A stretch of 64,000 nt of DNA. Source: Auanema rhodensis. Lineage: Eukaryota; Animalia; Nematoda. The stretch is from contig OZ059898.1 in the NCBI GenBank assembly GCA_964057225.1, forward strand, positions 2,976,001 through 3,040,000, written 5' to 3'. Below the pieces are notes generated by a model that saw only the letters and a program-made list of their open reading frames with translations, did not search any database and had not been told where the DNA came from. Numbering within the stretch: the stretch's first letter is position 1; every line of letters begins with the position of its first letter. The position numbers and the translations under genes were made by a program. This document shows positions 12,824 to 25,800 of the stretch, one piece after another.

Positions 12824-15139
12824 CTCAACATTGCTTCCAAAAACATTTTGACAAAAATTTTTTCGAAAAATTTCAAAATAATTTAGCAAAAAGTAGATGT
12901 TTTTAGATTCCATTTTTCAAGGCAAAGACGATAGACAATGTTATTCAACGAAAAAGTTAATTCTTCAGGGTGAAAATCGAGGATATAAGTGTGAACTTAT
13001 ATCAGTTGATATCTCGGTGCATTTTTAAGCTAGCGCAAATCTGATAACACAGATCGACGCAGCTTAAAAATCCGCATCGAATGCACTATACCACATTGAG
13101 AAACGCTTGATACAAAAATTAGTTATGATCGTTTGAAAAATGATGCATTAGTGTATGTTGAGTTTCCATGTACACTCAACATTGCTTCCAAAAACATTTT
13201 GACAAAAATTTTTTCGAAAAATTTCAAAATAATTTAGCAAAAAGTAGATGTTTTTAGATTCCTTTTTTCAAGGCAAAGACGATGGACAATGTTATTCAAC
13301 GAAAAAATTATTTCTTCAGGGTGAAAATCGAGGATATAAGTGTGAACTTGTATCAGTTGATATCTCGGTGCATTTTTAAGCTAGCGCAAATCTGATAACA
13401 CAGATCGACGCAGCTTAAAAATCCGCATCGAATGCACTATACTACATTGAGAAAAACTTGATACAAAAATTAGTTATGATCGTTTGAAAAATGATGCATT
13501 AGTGTATGTTGAGTTTCCATGTACACTCAACATTGCTTCCAAAAACATTTTGACAAAAATGTTTTCGAAAAATTTCAAAATAATTTAGCAAAAAGTAGAT
13601 GTTTTTAGATTCCATTTTTCAAGGCAAAGACGATAGACAATGTTATTCAACGAAAAAGTTAATTCTTCAGGGTGAAAATCGAGGATATAAGTGTGAACTT
13701 ATATCAGTTGATATCTCGGTGCATTTTTAAGCTAGCGCAAATCTGATAACACAGATCGACGCAGCTTAAAAATCCGCATCGAATGCACTATACTACATTG
13801 AGAAAAGCTTAATACAAAAATTAGTTATGATCGTTTGAAAAATGATGCATTAGTGTATGTTGAGTTTCCATGTACACTCAACATTGCTTCCAAAAACATT
13901 TTGACAAAAATTTTTTCGAAAAATTTCAAAATAATTTAGCAAAAAGTAGATGTTTTTAAATTCCTTTTTCATGTACACTCAACACTGCTTCCAAAAACAT
14001 TTTGACAAAAATTTTTTCGAAAAATTTCAAAATAATTTAGGAAAAAGTAGATGTTTTTAGGATCCTTTTTTCAAGGCAAAGACGATGGACAATGTTATTC
14101 AACGAAAAAATTATTTCTTCAGGGTGAAAATCGAGGATATAAGTGTGAACTTGTATCAGTTGATATCTCGGTGCATTTTTAAGCTAGCGCAAATCTGATA
14201 ACACAGATCGACGCAGCTTAAAAATCCGCATCGAATGCACTATACTACATTGAAAAACGCTTAATACAAAAATTAGTTATGATCGTTTTAAAAATGATGC
14301 ATTAGTGTATGTTGAGTTTCCATGTACACTCAACACTGCTTCCAAAAACATTTTGACAAAAATTTTTTCGAAAAATTTCAAAATAATTTAGTAAAAAGTA
14401 GATGTTTTTAGGATCCTTTTTTCAAGGCAAAGACGATGGACAATGTTATTCAACGAAAAAATTATTTCTTCAGGGTGAAAATCGAGGATATAAGTGTGAA
14501 CTTGTATCAATTGATATCTCGGTGCATTTTTAAGCTAGCGCAAATCTGATAACACAGATCGACGCAGCTTAAAAATCCGCATCGAATGCACTATACTACA
14601 TTGAGAAAAACTTGATACAAAAATTAGTTATGATCGTTTGAAAAATGATGCATTAGTGTATGTTGAGTTTCCATGTACACTCAACATTGCTTCCAAAAAC
14701 ATTTTGACAAAAATTTTTTCGAAAAATTTCAAAATAATTTACCAAAAAGTAGATGTTTTTAGATTCCATTTTTCAAGGCAAAGACGATAGACAATGTTAT
14801 TCAACGAAAAAGTTAATTCTTCAGGGTGAAAATCGAGGATATAAGTGTGAACTTATATCAGTTGATATCTCGGTGCATTTTTAAGCTAGCGCAAATCTGA
14901 TAACACAGATCGACGCAGCTTAAAAATCCGCATCGAATGCACTATACTACATTGAGAGAAGCTTAATACAAAAATTAGTTATGATCGTTTGAAAAATGAT
15001 GCATTAGTGTATGTTGAGTTTCCATGTACACTCAACATTGCTTCCAAAAACATTTTGACAAAAATTTTTTCGAAAAATTTCAAAATAATTTAGCAAAAAG
15101 TAGATGTTTTTAGATTCCATTTTTCAAGGCAAAGACGAT
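12824..15139 (-). repeat. Inverted block of the same 351-bp satellite (2316 bp)
   Basis: Reverse-complement monomers. The marker CTCAACA(T/C)TGC is at 12824, 13175, 13526, 13877, 13978, 14329, 14680 and 15031 (spacing 351, except one of 101). The block starts at monomer position 300 and ends at position 192. Confidence 0.99.
13877..13977 (-). repeat. Truncated 101-bp monomer (net 250-bp deletion) inside the inverted block
   Basis: TTCCTTTTTC|ATGTACACTC at 13961-13980 replaces the normal TTCCTTTTTTCAAGGC..., and the marker spacing is 101 instead of 351. Confidence 0.95.
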
Positions 15140-17571
15140 CAATGTAGTATAGTGCATTCGATGCGGATTTTTAAGCTGCGTCGATCTGTGTTATCAGATT
15201 TGCGCTAGCTTAAAAATGCACCGAGATATCAACTGATACAAGTTCACACTTATATCCTCGATTTTCACCCTGAAGAAATAATTTTTTCGTTGAATAACAT
15301 TGTCCATCGTCTTTGCCTTGAAAAAAGGATTCTAAAAACATCTACTTTTTGCTATATTATTTTGAAATTTTTCGAAAAAATTTTTGTCAAAATGTTTTTG
15401 GAAGCAATGTTGAGTGTACATGGAAACTCAACATACACTAATGCATCATTTTTCAAACGATCATAACTAATTTTTGTATCAAGCGTTTCTCAATGTAGTA
15501 TAGTGCATTCGATGCGGATTTTTAAGCTGCGTCGATCTATGTTATCAGATTTGCGCTAGCTTAAAAATGCACCGAGATATCAACTGATATAAGTTCACAC
15601 TTATATCCTCGATTTTCACCCTGAAGAATTAATTTTTTCGTTGAATAACATTGTCCATCGTCTTTGCCTTGAAAAAAGGATTCTAAAAACATCTACTTTT
15701 TGCTAAATTATTTTGAAATTTTTCGAAAAAATTTTTGTCAAAATGTTTTTGGAAGCAATGTTGAGTGTACATGGAAACTCAACATACACTAATGCATCAT
15801 TTTTCAAACGATCATAACTAATTTTTGTATAAAGCGTTTCTCAATGTAGTATAGTGCATTCGATGCGGATTTTTAAGCTGCGTCGATCTATGTTATCAGA
15901 TTTGCGCTAGCTTAAAAATGCACCGAGATATCAACTGATATAAGTTCACACTTATATCCTCGATTTTCACCCTGAAGAATTAATTTTTTCGTTGAATAAC
16001 ATTGTCCATCGTCTTTGCCTTGAAAAATGGAATCTAAAAACATCTACTTTTTGCTAAATTATTTTGAAATTTTTCGAAAAAATTTTTGTCAAAATGTTTT
16101 TGGAAGCAATGTTGAGTGTACATGGAAACTCAACATACACTAATGCATCATTTTTCAAACGATCATAACTAATTTTTGTATTAAGCTTTTCTCAATGTAG
16201 TATAGTGCATTCGATGCGGATTTTTAAGCTGCGTCGATCTGTGTTATCAGATTTGCGCTAGCTTAAAAATGCACCGAGATATCAACTGATATAAGTTCAC
16301 ACTTATATCCTCGATTTTCACCCTGAAGAATTAACTTTTTCGTTGAATAACATTGTCTATCGTCTTTGCCTTGAAAAATGGAATCTAAAAACATCTACTT
16401 TTTGCTAAATTATTTTGAAATTTTTCGAAAAAATTTTTGTCAAAATGTTTTTGGAAGCAATGTTGAGTGTACATGGAAACTCAACATACACTAATGCATC
16501 ATTTTTCAAACGATCATAACTAATTTTTGTATTAAGCTTTTCTCAATGTAGTATAGTGCATTCGATGCGGATTTTTAAGCTGCGTCGATCTGTGTTATCA
16601 GATTTGCGCTAGCTTAAAAATGCACCGAGATATCAACTGATATAAGTTCACACTTATATCCTCGATTTTCACCCTGAAGAATTAACTTTTTCGTTGAATA
16701 ACATTGTCTATCGTCTTTGCCTTGAAAAATGGAATCTAAAAACATCTACTTTTTGCTAAATTATTTTGAAATTTTTCGAAAAAATTTTTGTCAAAATGTT
16801 TTTGGAAGCAATGTTGAGTGTACATGGAAACTCAACATACACTAATGCATCATTTTTCAAACGATCATAACTAATTTTTGTATCAAGCGTTTCTCAATGT
16901 AGTATAGTGCATTCGATGCGGATTTTTAAGCTGCGTCGATCTATGTTATCAGATTTGCGCTAGCTTAAAAATGCACCGAGATATCAACTGATATAAGTTC
17001 ACACTTATATCCTCGATTTTCACCCTGAAGAATTAATTTTTTCGTTGAATAACATTGTCCATCGTCTTTGCCTTGAAAAATGGAATCTAAAAACATCTAC
17101 TTTTTGCTAAATTATTTTGAAATTTTTCGAAAAAATTTTTGTCAAAATGTTTTTGGAAGCAATGTTGAGTGTACATGGAAACTCAACATACACTAATGCA
17201 TCATTTTTCAAACGATCATAACTAATTTTTGTATTAAGCTTTTCTCAATGTAGTATAGTGCATTCGATGCGGATTTTTAAGCTGCGTCGATCTGTGTTAT
17301 CAGATTTGCGCTAGCTTAAAAATGCACCGAGATATCAACTGATATAAGTTCACACTTATATCCTCGATTTTCACCCTGAAGAATTAACTTTTTCGTTGAA
17401 TAACATTGTCCATCGTCTTTGCCTTGAAAAAAGGAATCTAAAAACATCTACTTTTTGCTAAATTATTTTGAAATTTTTCGAAAAAATTTTTGTCAAAATG
17501 TTTTTGGAAGCAATGTTGAGTGTACATGGAAACTCAACATACACTAATGCATCATTTTTTAAACGATCATA

Positions 17572-20500
17572 ACTAATTTTTGTATCAAGTTTTTCTCAAT
17601 GTAGTATAGTGCATTCGATGCGGATTTTTAAGCTGCGTCGATCTGTGTTATCAGATTTGCGCTAGCTTAAAAATGCACCGAGATATCAACTGATACAAGT
17701 TCACACTTATATCCTCGATTTTCACCCTGAAGAAATAATTTTTTCGTTGAATAACATTGTCCATCGTCTTTGCCTTGAAAAAAGGATCCTAAAAACATCT
17801 ACTTTTTACTAAATTATTTTGAAATTTTTCGAAAAAATTTTTGTCAAAATGTTTTTGGAAGCAGTGTTGAGTGTACATGGAAACTCAACATACACTAATG
17901 CATCATTTTTAAAACGATCATAACTAATTTTTGTATTAAGCGTTTTTCAATGTAGTATAGTGCATTCGATGCGGATTTTTAAGCTGCGTCGATCTGTGTT
18001 ATCAGATTTGCGCTAGCTTAAAAATGCACCGAGATATCAACTGATACAAGTTCACACTTATATCCTCGATTTTCACCCTGAAGAAATAATTTTTTCGTTG
18101 AATAACATTGTCCATCGTCTTTGCCTTGAAAAAAGGATCCTAAAAACATCTACTTTTTCCTAAATTATTTTGAAATTTTTCGAAAAAATTTTTGTCAAAA
18201 TGTTTTTGGAAGCAGTGTTGAGTGTACATGGAAACTCAACATACACTAATGCATCATTTTTAAAACGATCATAACTAATTTTTGTATTAAGCGTTTCTCA
18301 ATGTAGTATAGTGCATTCGATGCGGATTTTTAAGCTGCGTCGATCTGTGTTATCAGATTTGCGCTAGCTTAAAAATGCACCGAGATATCAACTGATACAA
18401 GTTCACACTTATATCCTCGATTTTCACCCTGAAGAAATAATTTTTTCGTTGAATAACATTGTCCATCGTCTTTGCCTTGAAAAAAGGATCCTAAAAACAT
18501 CTACTTTTTACTAAATTATTTTGAAATTTTTCGAAAAAATTTTTGTCAAAATGTTTTTGGAAGCAGTGTTGAGTGTACATGGAAACTCAACATACACTAA
18601 TGCATCATTTTTAAAACGATCATAACTAATTTTTGTATTAAGCGTTTTTCAATGTAGTATAGTGCATTCGATGCGGATTTTTAAGCTGCGTCGATCTGTG
18701 TTATCAGATTTGCGCTAGCTTAAAAATGCACCGAGATATCAACTGATACAAGTTCACACTTATATCCTCGATTTTCACCCTGAAGAATTAATTTTTTCGT
18801 TGAATAACATTGTCCATCGTCTTTGCCTTGAAAAAAGGAATCTAAAAACATCTACTTTTTGCTAAATTATTTTGAAATTTTTCGAAAAAATTTTTGTCAA
18901 AATGTTTTTGGAAGCAATGTTGAGTGTACATGGAAACTCAACATACACTAATGCATCATTTTTCAAACGATCATAACTAATTTTTGTATCAAGTTTTTCT
19001 CAATGTAGTATAGTGCATTCGATGCGGATTTTTAAGCTGCGTCGATCTGTGTTATCAGATTTGCGCTAGCTTGAAAATGCACCGAGATATCAACTGATAT
19101 AAGTTCACACTTATATCCTCGATTTTCACCCTGAAGAATTAATTTTTTCGTTGAATAACATTGTCCATCGTCTTTGCCTTGAAAAATGGAATCTAAAAAC
19201 ATCTACTTTTTGCTAAATTATTTTGAAATTTTTCGAAAAAATTTTTGTCAAAATGTTTTTGGAAGCAATGTTGAGTGTACATGGAAACTCAACATACACT
19301 AATGCATCATTTTTCAAACGATCATATTTAATTTTTGTATTAAGCTTTTCTCAATGTAGTATAGTGCATTCGATGCGGATTTTTAAGCTGCGTCGATCTG
19401 TGTTATCAGATTTGCGCTAGCTTAAAAATGCACCGAGATATCAACTGATATAAGTTCACACTTATATCCTCGATTTTCACCCTGAAGAATTAACTTTTTC
19501 GTTGAATAACATTGTCCATCGTCTTTGCCTTGAAAAATGGAATCTAAAAACATCTACTTTTTGCTAAATTATTTTGAAATTTTTCGAAAAAATTTTTGTC
19601 AAAATGTTTTTGGAAGCAATGTTGAGTGTACATGGAAACTCAACATACACTAATGCATCATTTTTCAAACGATCATAACTAATTTTTGTATTAAGCTTTT
19701 CTCAATGTAGTATAGTGCATTCGATGCGGATTTTTAAGCTGCGTCGATCTGTGTTATCAGATTTGCGCTAGCTTAAAAATGCACCGAGATATCAACTGAT
19801 ATAAGTTCACACTTATATCCTCGATTTTCACCCTGAAGAATTAACTTTTTCGTTGAATAACATTGTCCATCGTCTTTGCCTTGAAAAAAGGAATCTAAAA
19901 ACATCTACTTTTTGCTAAATTATTTTGAAATTTTTCGAAAAAATTTTTGTCAAAATGTTTTTGGAAGCAATGTTGAGTGTACATGGAAACTCAACATACA
20001 CTAATGCATCATTTTTTAAACGATCATAACTAATTTTTGTATCAAGTTTTTCTCAATGTAGTATAGTGCATTCGATGCGGATTTTTAAGCTGCGTCGATC
20101 TGTGTTATCAGATTTGCGCTAGCTTAAAAATGCACCGAGATATCAACTGATACAAGTTCACACTTATATCCTCGATTTTCACCCTGAAGAAATAATTTTT
20201 TCGTTGAATAACATTGTCCATCGTCTTTGCCTTGAAAAAAGGATCCTAAAAACATCTACTTTTTACTAAATTATTTTGAAATTTTTCGAAAAAATTTTTG
20301 TCAAAATGTTTTTGGAAGCAGTGTTGAGTGTACATGGAAACTCAACATACACTAATGCATCATTTTTAAAACGATCATAACTAATTTTTGTATTAAGCGT
20401 TTTTCAATGTAGTATAGTGCATTCGATGCGGATTTTTAAGCTGCGTCGATCTGTGTTATCAGATTTGCGCTAGCTTAAAAATGCACCGAGATATCAACTG

Positions 20501-21432
20501 ATACAAGTTCACACTTATATCCTCGATTTTCACCCTGAAGAAATAATTTTTTTGTTGAATAACATTGTCCATCGTCTTTGCCTTGAAAAAAGGATCCTAA
20601 AAACATCTACTTTTTCCTAAATTATTTTGAAATTTTTCGAAAAAATTTTTGTCAAAATGTTTTTGGAAGCAGTGTTGAGTGTACATGGAAACTCAACATA
20701 CACTAATGCATCATTTTTAAAACGATCATAACTAATTTTTGTATTAAGCGTTTCTCAATGTAGTATAGTGCATTCGATGCGGATTTTTAAGCTGCGTCGA
20801 TCTGTGTTATCAGATTTGCGCTAGCTTAAAAATGCACCGAGATATCAACTGATACAAGTTCACACTTATATCCTCGATTTTCACCCTGAAGAAATAATTT
20901 TTTCGTTGAATAACATTGTCCATCGTCTTTGCCTTGAAAAAAGGATCCTAAAAACATCTACTTTTTACTAAATTATTTTGAAATTTTTCGAAAAAATTTT
21001 TGTCAAAATGTTTTTGGAAGCAGTGTTGAGTGTACATGGAAACTCAACATACACTAATGCATCATTTTTAAAACGATCATAACTAATTTTTGTATTAAGC
21101 GTTTTTCAATGTAGTATAGTGCATTCGATGCGGATTTTTAAGCTGCGTCGATCTGTGTTATCAGATTTGCGCTAGCTTAAAAATGCACCGAGATATCAAC
21201 TGATACAAGTTCACACTTATATCCTCGATTTTCACCCTGAAGAAATAATTTTTTCGTTGAATAACATTGTCCATCGTCTTTGCCTTGAAAAAAGGATCCT
21301 AAAAACATCTACTTTTTCCTAAATTATTTTGAAATTTTTCGAAAAAATTTTTGTCAAAATGTTTTTGGAAGCAGTGTTGAGTGTACATGGAAACTCAACA
21401 TACACTAATGCATCATTTTTAAAACGATCATA
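17572..21432 (+). repeat. GGATCC (BamHI)/GCAGTG variant domain with alternating dimer structure
   Basis: Seven monomers carry AAGGATCC, GCAGTG and TTTAAAACG. They alternate TTTTACTAAA / TTTTCCTAAA and lie in two clusters starting at 17572 and 20029 (7x351 apart). Confidence 0.85.
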
Positions 21433-22836
21433 ACTAATTTTTGTATTAAGCGTTTCTCAATGTAGTATAGTGCATTCGATGCGGATTTTTAAGCTGCGTC
21501 GATCTGTGTTATCAGATTTGCGCTAGCTTAAAAATGCACCGAGATATCAACTGATATAAGTTCACACTTATATCCTCGATTTTCACCCTGAAGAAATAAT
21601 TTTTTCGTTGAATAACATTGTCCATCGTCTTTGCCTTGAAAAAAGGAATCTAAAAACATCTACTTTTTGCTAAATTATTTTGAAATTTTTCGAAAAAAGT
21701 TTTGTCAAAATGTTTTTGGAAGCAATGTTGAGTGTACATGGAAACTCAACATACACTAATGCATCATTTTTCAAACGATCATATTTAATTTTTGTATTAA
21801 GCTTTTCTCAATGTAGTATAGTGCATTCGATGCGGATTTTTAAGCTGCGTCGATCTGTGTTATCAGATTTGCGCTAGCTTAAAAATGCACCGAGATATCA
21901 ACTGATATAAGTTCACACTTATATCCTAGATTTTCACCCTGAAGAATTAACTTTTTCGTTGAATAACATTGTCTATCGTCTTTGCCTTGAAAAATGGAAT
22001 CTAAAAACATCTACTTTTTGCTAAATTATTTTGAAATTTTTCGAAAAAATTTTTGTCAAAATGTTTTTGGAAGCAATGTTGAGTGTACATGGAAACTCAA
22101 CATACACTAATGCATCATTTTTCAAACGATCATAACTAATTTTTTTATTAAGCTTTTCTCAATGTAGTATAGTGCATTCGATGCGGATTTTTAAGCTGCG
22201 TCGATCTGTGTTATCAGATTTGCGCTAGCTTAAAAATGCACCGAGATATCAACTGATATAAGTTCACACTTATATCCTCGATTTTCACCCTGAAGAATTA
22301 ATTTTTTCGTTGAATAACATTGTCCATCGTCTTTGCCTTGAAAAAAGGAATCTAAAAACATCTACTTTTTGCTAAATTATTTTGAAATTTTTCGAAAAAA
22401 TTTTTGTCAAAATGTTTTTGGAAGCAATGTTGAGTGTACATGGAAACTCAACATACACTAATGCATCATTTTTCAAACGATCATAACTAATTTTTGTATC
22501 AAGTTTTTCTCAATGTAGTATAGTGCATTCGATGCGGATTTTTAAGCTGCGTCGATCTGTGTTATCAGATTTGCGCTAGCTTAAAAATGCACCGAGATAT
22601 CAACTGATATAAGTTCACACTTATATCCTCGATTTTCACCCTGAAGAATTAATTTTTTCGTTGAATAACATTGTCCATCGTCTTTGCCTTGAAAAATGGA
22701 ATCTAAAAACATCTACTTTTTGCTAAATTATTTTGAAATTTTTCGAAAAAATTTTTGTCAAAATGTTTTTGGAAGCAATGTTGAGTGTACATGGAAACTC
22801 AACATACACTAATGCATCATTTTTCAAACGATCATA

Positions 22837-25800
22837 TTTAATTTTTGTATTAAGCTTTTCTCAATGTAGTATAGTGCATTCGATGCGGATTTTTAAGCTG
22901 CGTCGATCTGTGTTATCAGATTTGCGCTAGCTTAAAAATGCACCGAGATATCAACTGATATAAGTTCACACTTATATCCTCGATTTTCACCCTGAAGAAT
23001 TAACTTTTTCGTTGAATAACATTGTCCATCGTCTTTGCCTTGAAAAATGGAATCTAAAAACATCTACTTTTTGCTAAATTATTTTGAAATTTTTCGAAAA
23101 AATTTTTGTCAAAATGTTTTTGGAAGCAATGTTGAGTGTACATGGAAACTCAACATACACTAATGCATCATTTTTCTAACGATCATAACTAATTTTTGTA
23201 TTAAGCTTTTCTCAATGTAGTATAGTGCATTCGATGCGGATTTTTAAGCTGCGTCGATCTGTGTTATCAGATTTGCGCTAGCTTAAAAATGCACCGAGAT
23301 ATCAACTGATATAAGTTCACACTTATATCCTCGATTTTCACCCTGAAGAATTAACTTTTTCGTTGAATAACATTGTCTATCGTCTTTGCCTTGAAAAATG
23401 GAATCTAAAAACATCTACTTTTTGCTAAATTATTTTGAAATTTTTCGAAAAAGTTTTTGTCAAAATGTTTTTGGAAGCAATGTTGAGTGTACATGGAAAC
23501 TCAACATACACTAATGCATCATTTTTCAAACGATCATAACTAATTTTTGTATTAAGCTTTTCTCAATGTAGTATAGTGCATTCGATGCGGATTTTTAAGC
23601 TGCGTCGATCTGTGTTATCAGATTTGCGCTAGCTTAAAAATGCACCGAGATATCAACTGATATAAGTTCACACTTATATCCTCGATTTTCACCCTGAAGA
23701 ATTAACTTTTTCGTTGAATAACATTGTCTATCGTCTTTGCCTTGAAAAATGGAATCTAAAAACATCTACTTTTTGCTAAATTATTTTGAAATTTTTCGAA
23801 AAAGTTTTTGTCAAAATGTTTTTGGAAGCAATGTTGAGTGTACATGGAAACTCAACATACACTAATGCATCATTTTTCAAACGATCATAACTAATTTTTG
23901 TATTAAGCTTTTCTCAATGTAGTATAGTGCATTCGATGCGGATTTTTAAGCTGCGTCGATCTGTGTTATCAGATTTGCGCTAGCTTAAAAATGCACCGAG
24001 ATATCAACTGATATAAGTTCACACTTATATCCTCGATTTTCACCCTGAAGAATTAACTTTTTCGTTGAATAACATTGTCTATCGTCTTTGCCTTGAAAAA
24101 TGGAATCTAAAAACATCTACTTTTTGGTAAATTATTTTGAAATTTTTCGAAAAAATTTTTGTCAAAATGTTTTTGGAAGCAATGTTGAGTGTACATGGAA
24201 ACTCAACATACACTAATGCATCATTTTTCTAACGATCATAACTAATTTTTGTATTAAGCTTTTCTCAATGTAGTATAGTGCATTCGATGCGGATTTTTAA
24301 GCTGCGTCGATCTGTGTTATCAGATTTGCGCTAGCTTAAAAATGCACCGAGATATCAACTGATACAAGTTCACACTTATATCCTCGATTTTCACCCTGAA
24401 GAAATAATTTTTTCGTTGAATAACATTGTCCATCGTCTTTGCCTTGAAAAAAGGAATCTAAAAACATCTACTTTTTGCTAAATTATTTTGAAATTTTTCG
24501 AAAAAATTTTTGTCAAAATTTTTTGGAAGCAATGTTGAGTGTACATGGAAACTCAACATACACTAATGCATCATTTTTCAAACGATCATAACTAATTTTT
24601 GTATTAAGCTTTTCTCAATGTAGTATAGTGCATTCGATGCGGATTTTTAAGCTGCGTCGATCTGTGTTATCAGATTTGCGCTAGCTTAAAAATGCACCGA
24701 GATATCAACTGATACAAGTTCACACTTATATCCTCGATTTTCACCCTGAAGAAATAATTTTTTCGTTGAATAACATTGTCCATCGTCTTTGCCTTGAAAA
24801 AAGGAATCTAAAAACATCTACTTTTTGCTAAATTATTTTGAAATTTTTCGAAAAAATTTTTGTCAAAATTTTTTGGAAGCAATGTTGAGTGTACATGGAA
24901 ACTCAACATACACTAATGCATCATTTTTCAAACGATCATAACTAATTTTTGTATTAAGCTTTTCTCCATGTAGTATAGTGCATTCGATGCGGATTTTTAA
25001 GCTGCGTCGATCTGTGTTATCAGATTTGCGCTAGCTTAAAAATGCACCGAGATATCAACTGATACAAGTTCACACTTATATCCTCGATTTTCACCCTGAA
25101 GAAATAATTTTTTCGTTGAATAACATTGTCCATCGTCTTTGCCTTGAAAAAAGGAATCTAAAAACATCTACTTTTTGCTAAATTATTTTGAAATTTTTCG
25201 AAAAAATTTTTGTCAAAATTTTTTGGAAGCAATGTGAGTGTACATGGAAACTCAACATACACTAATGCATCATTTTTCAAACGATCATAACTAATTTTTG
25301 TATTAAGCGTTTTTCAATGTAGTATAGTGCATTCGATGCGGATTTTTAAACTGCGTCGATCTGTGTTATCAGATTTGCGCTAGCTTAAAAATGCACCGAG
25401 ATATCAACTGATATAAGTTCACACTTATATCCTCGATTTTCACCCTGAAGAATTAACTTTTTCGTTGAATAACATTGTCTATCGTCTTTGCCTTGAAAAA
25501 TGGAATCTAAAAACATCTACTTTTTGGTAAATTATTTTGAAATTTTTCGAAAAAATTTTTGTCAAAATGTTTTTGGAAGCAATGTTGAGTGTACATGGAA
25601 ACTCAACATACACTAATGCATCATTTTTCTAACGATCATAACTAATTTTTGTATTAAGCTTTTCTCAATGTAGTATAGTGCATTCGATGCGGATTTTTAA
25701 GCTGCGTCGATCTGTGTTATCAGATTTGCGCTAGCTTAAAAATGCACCGAGATATCAACTGATATAAGTTCACACTTATATCCTCGATTTTCACCCTGAA

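Noticed and set aside
12286-13320. Fold-back (mirror) duplication of the left flank
   Set aside because: The first inverted monomer resembles the monomer at 12286, but the next one lacks the private SNPs of the monomer at 11935 (ATCAATCG, CTATG, AAGAATGG), so the block is not a mirror copy.
12802-15145. Transposon insertion or site-specific invertible switch
   Set aside because: There is no non-satellite sequence, target-site duplication or recombinase. The junctions are non-conservative (deletions plus a templated insert), unlike recombinase-mediated inversion.
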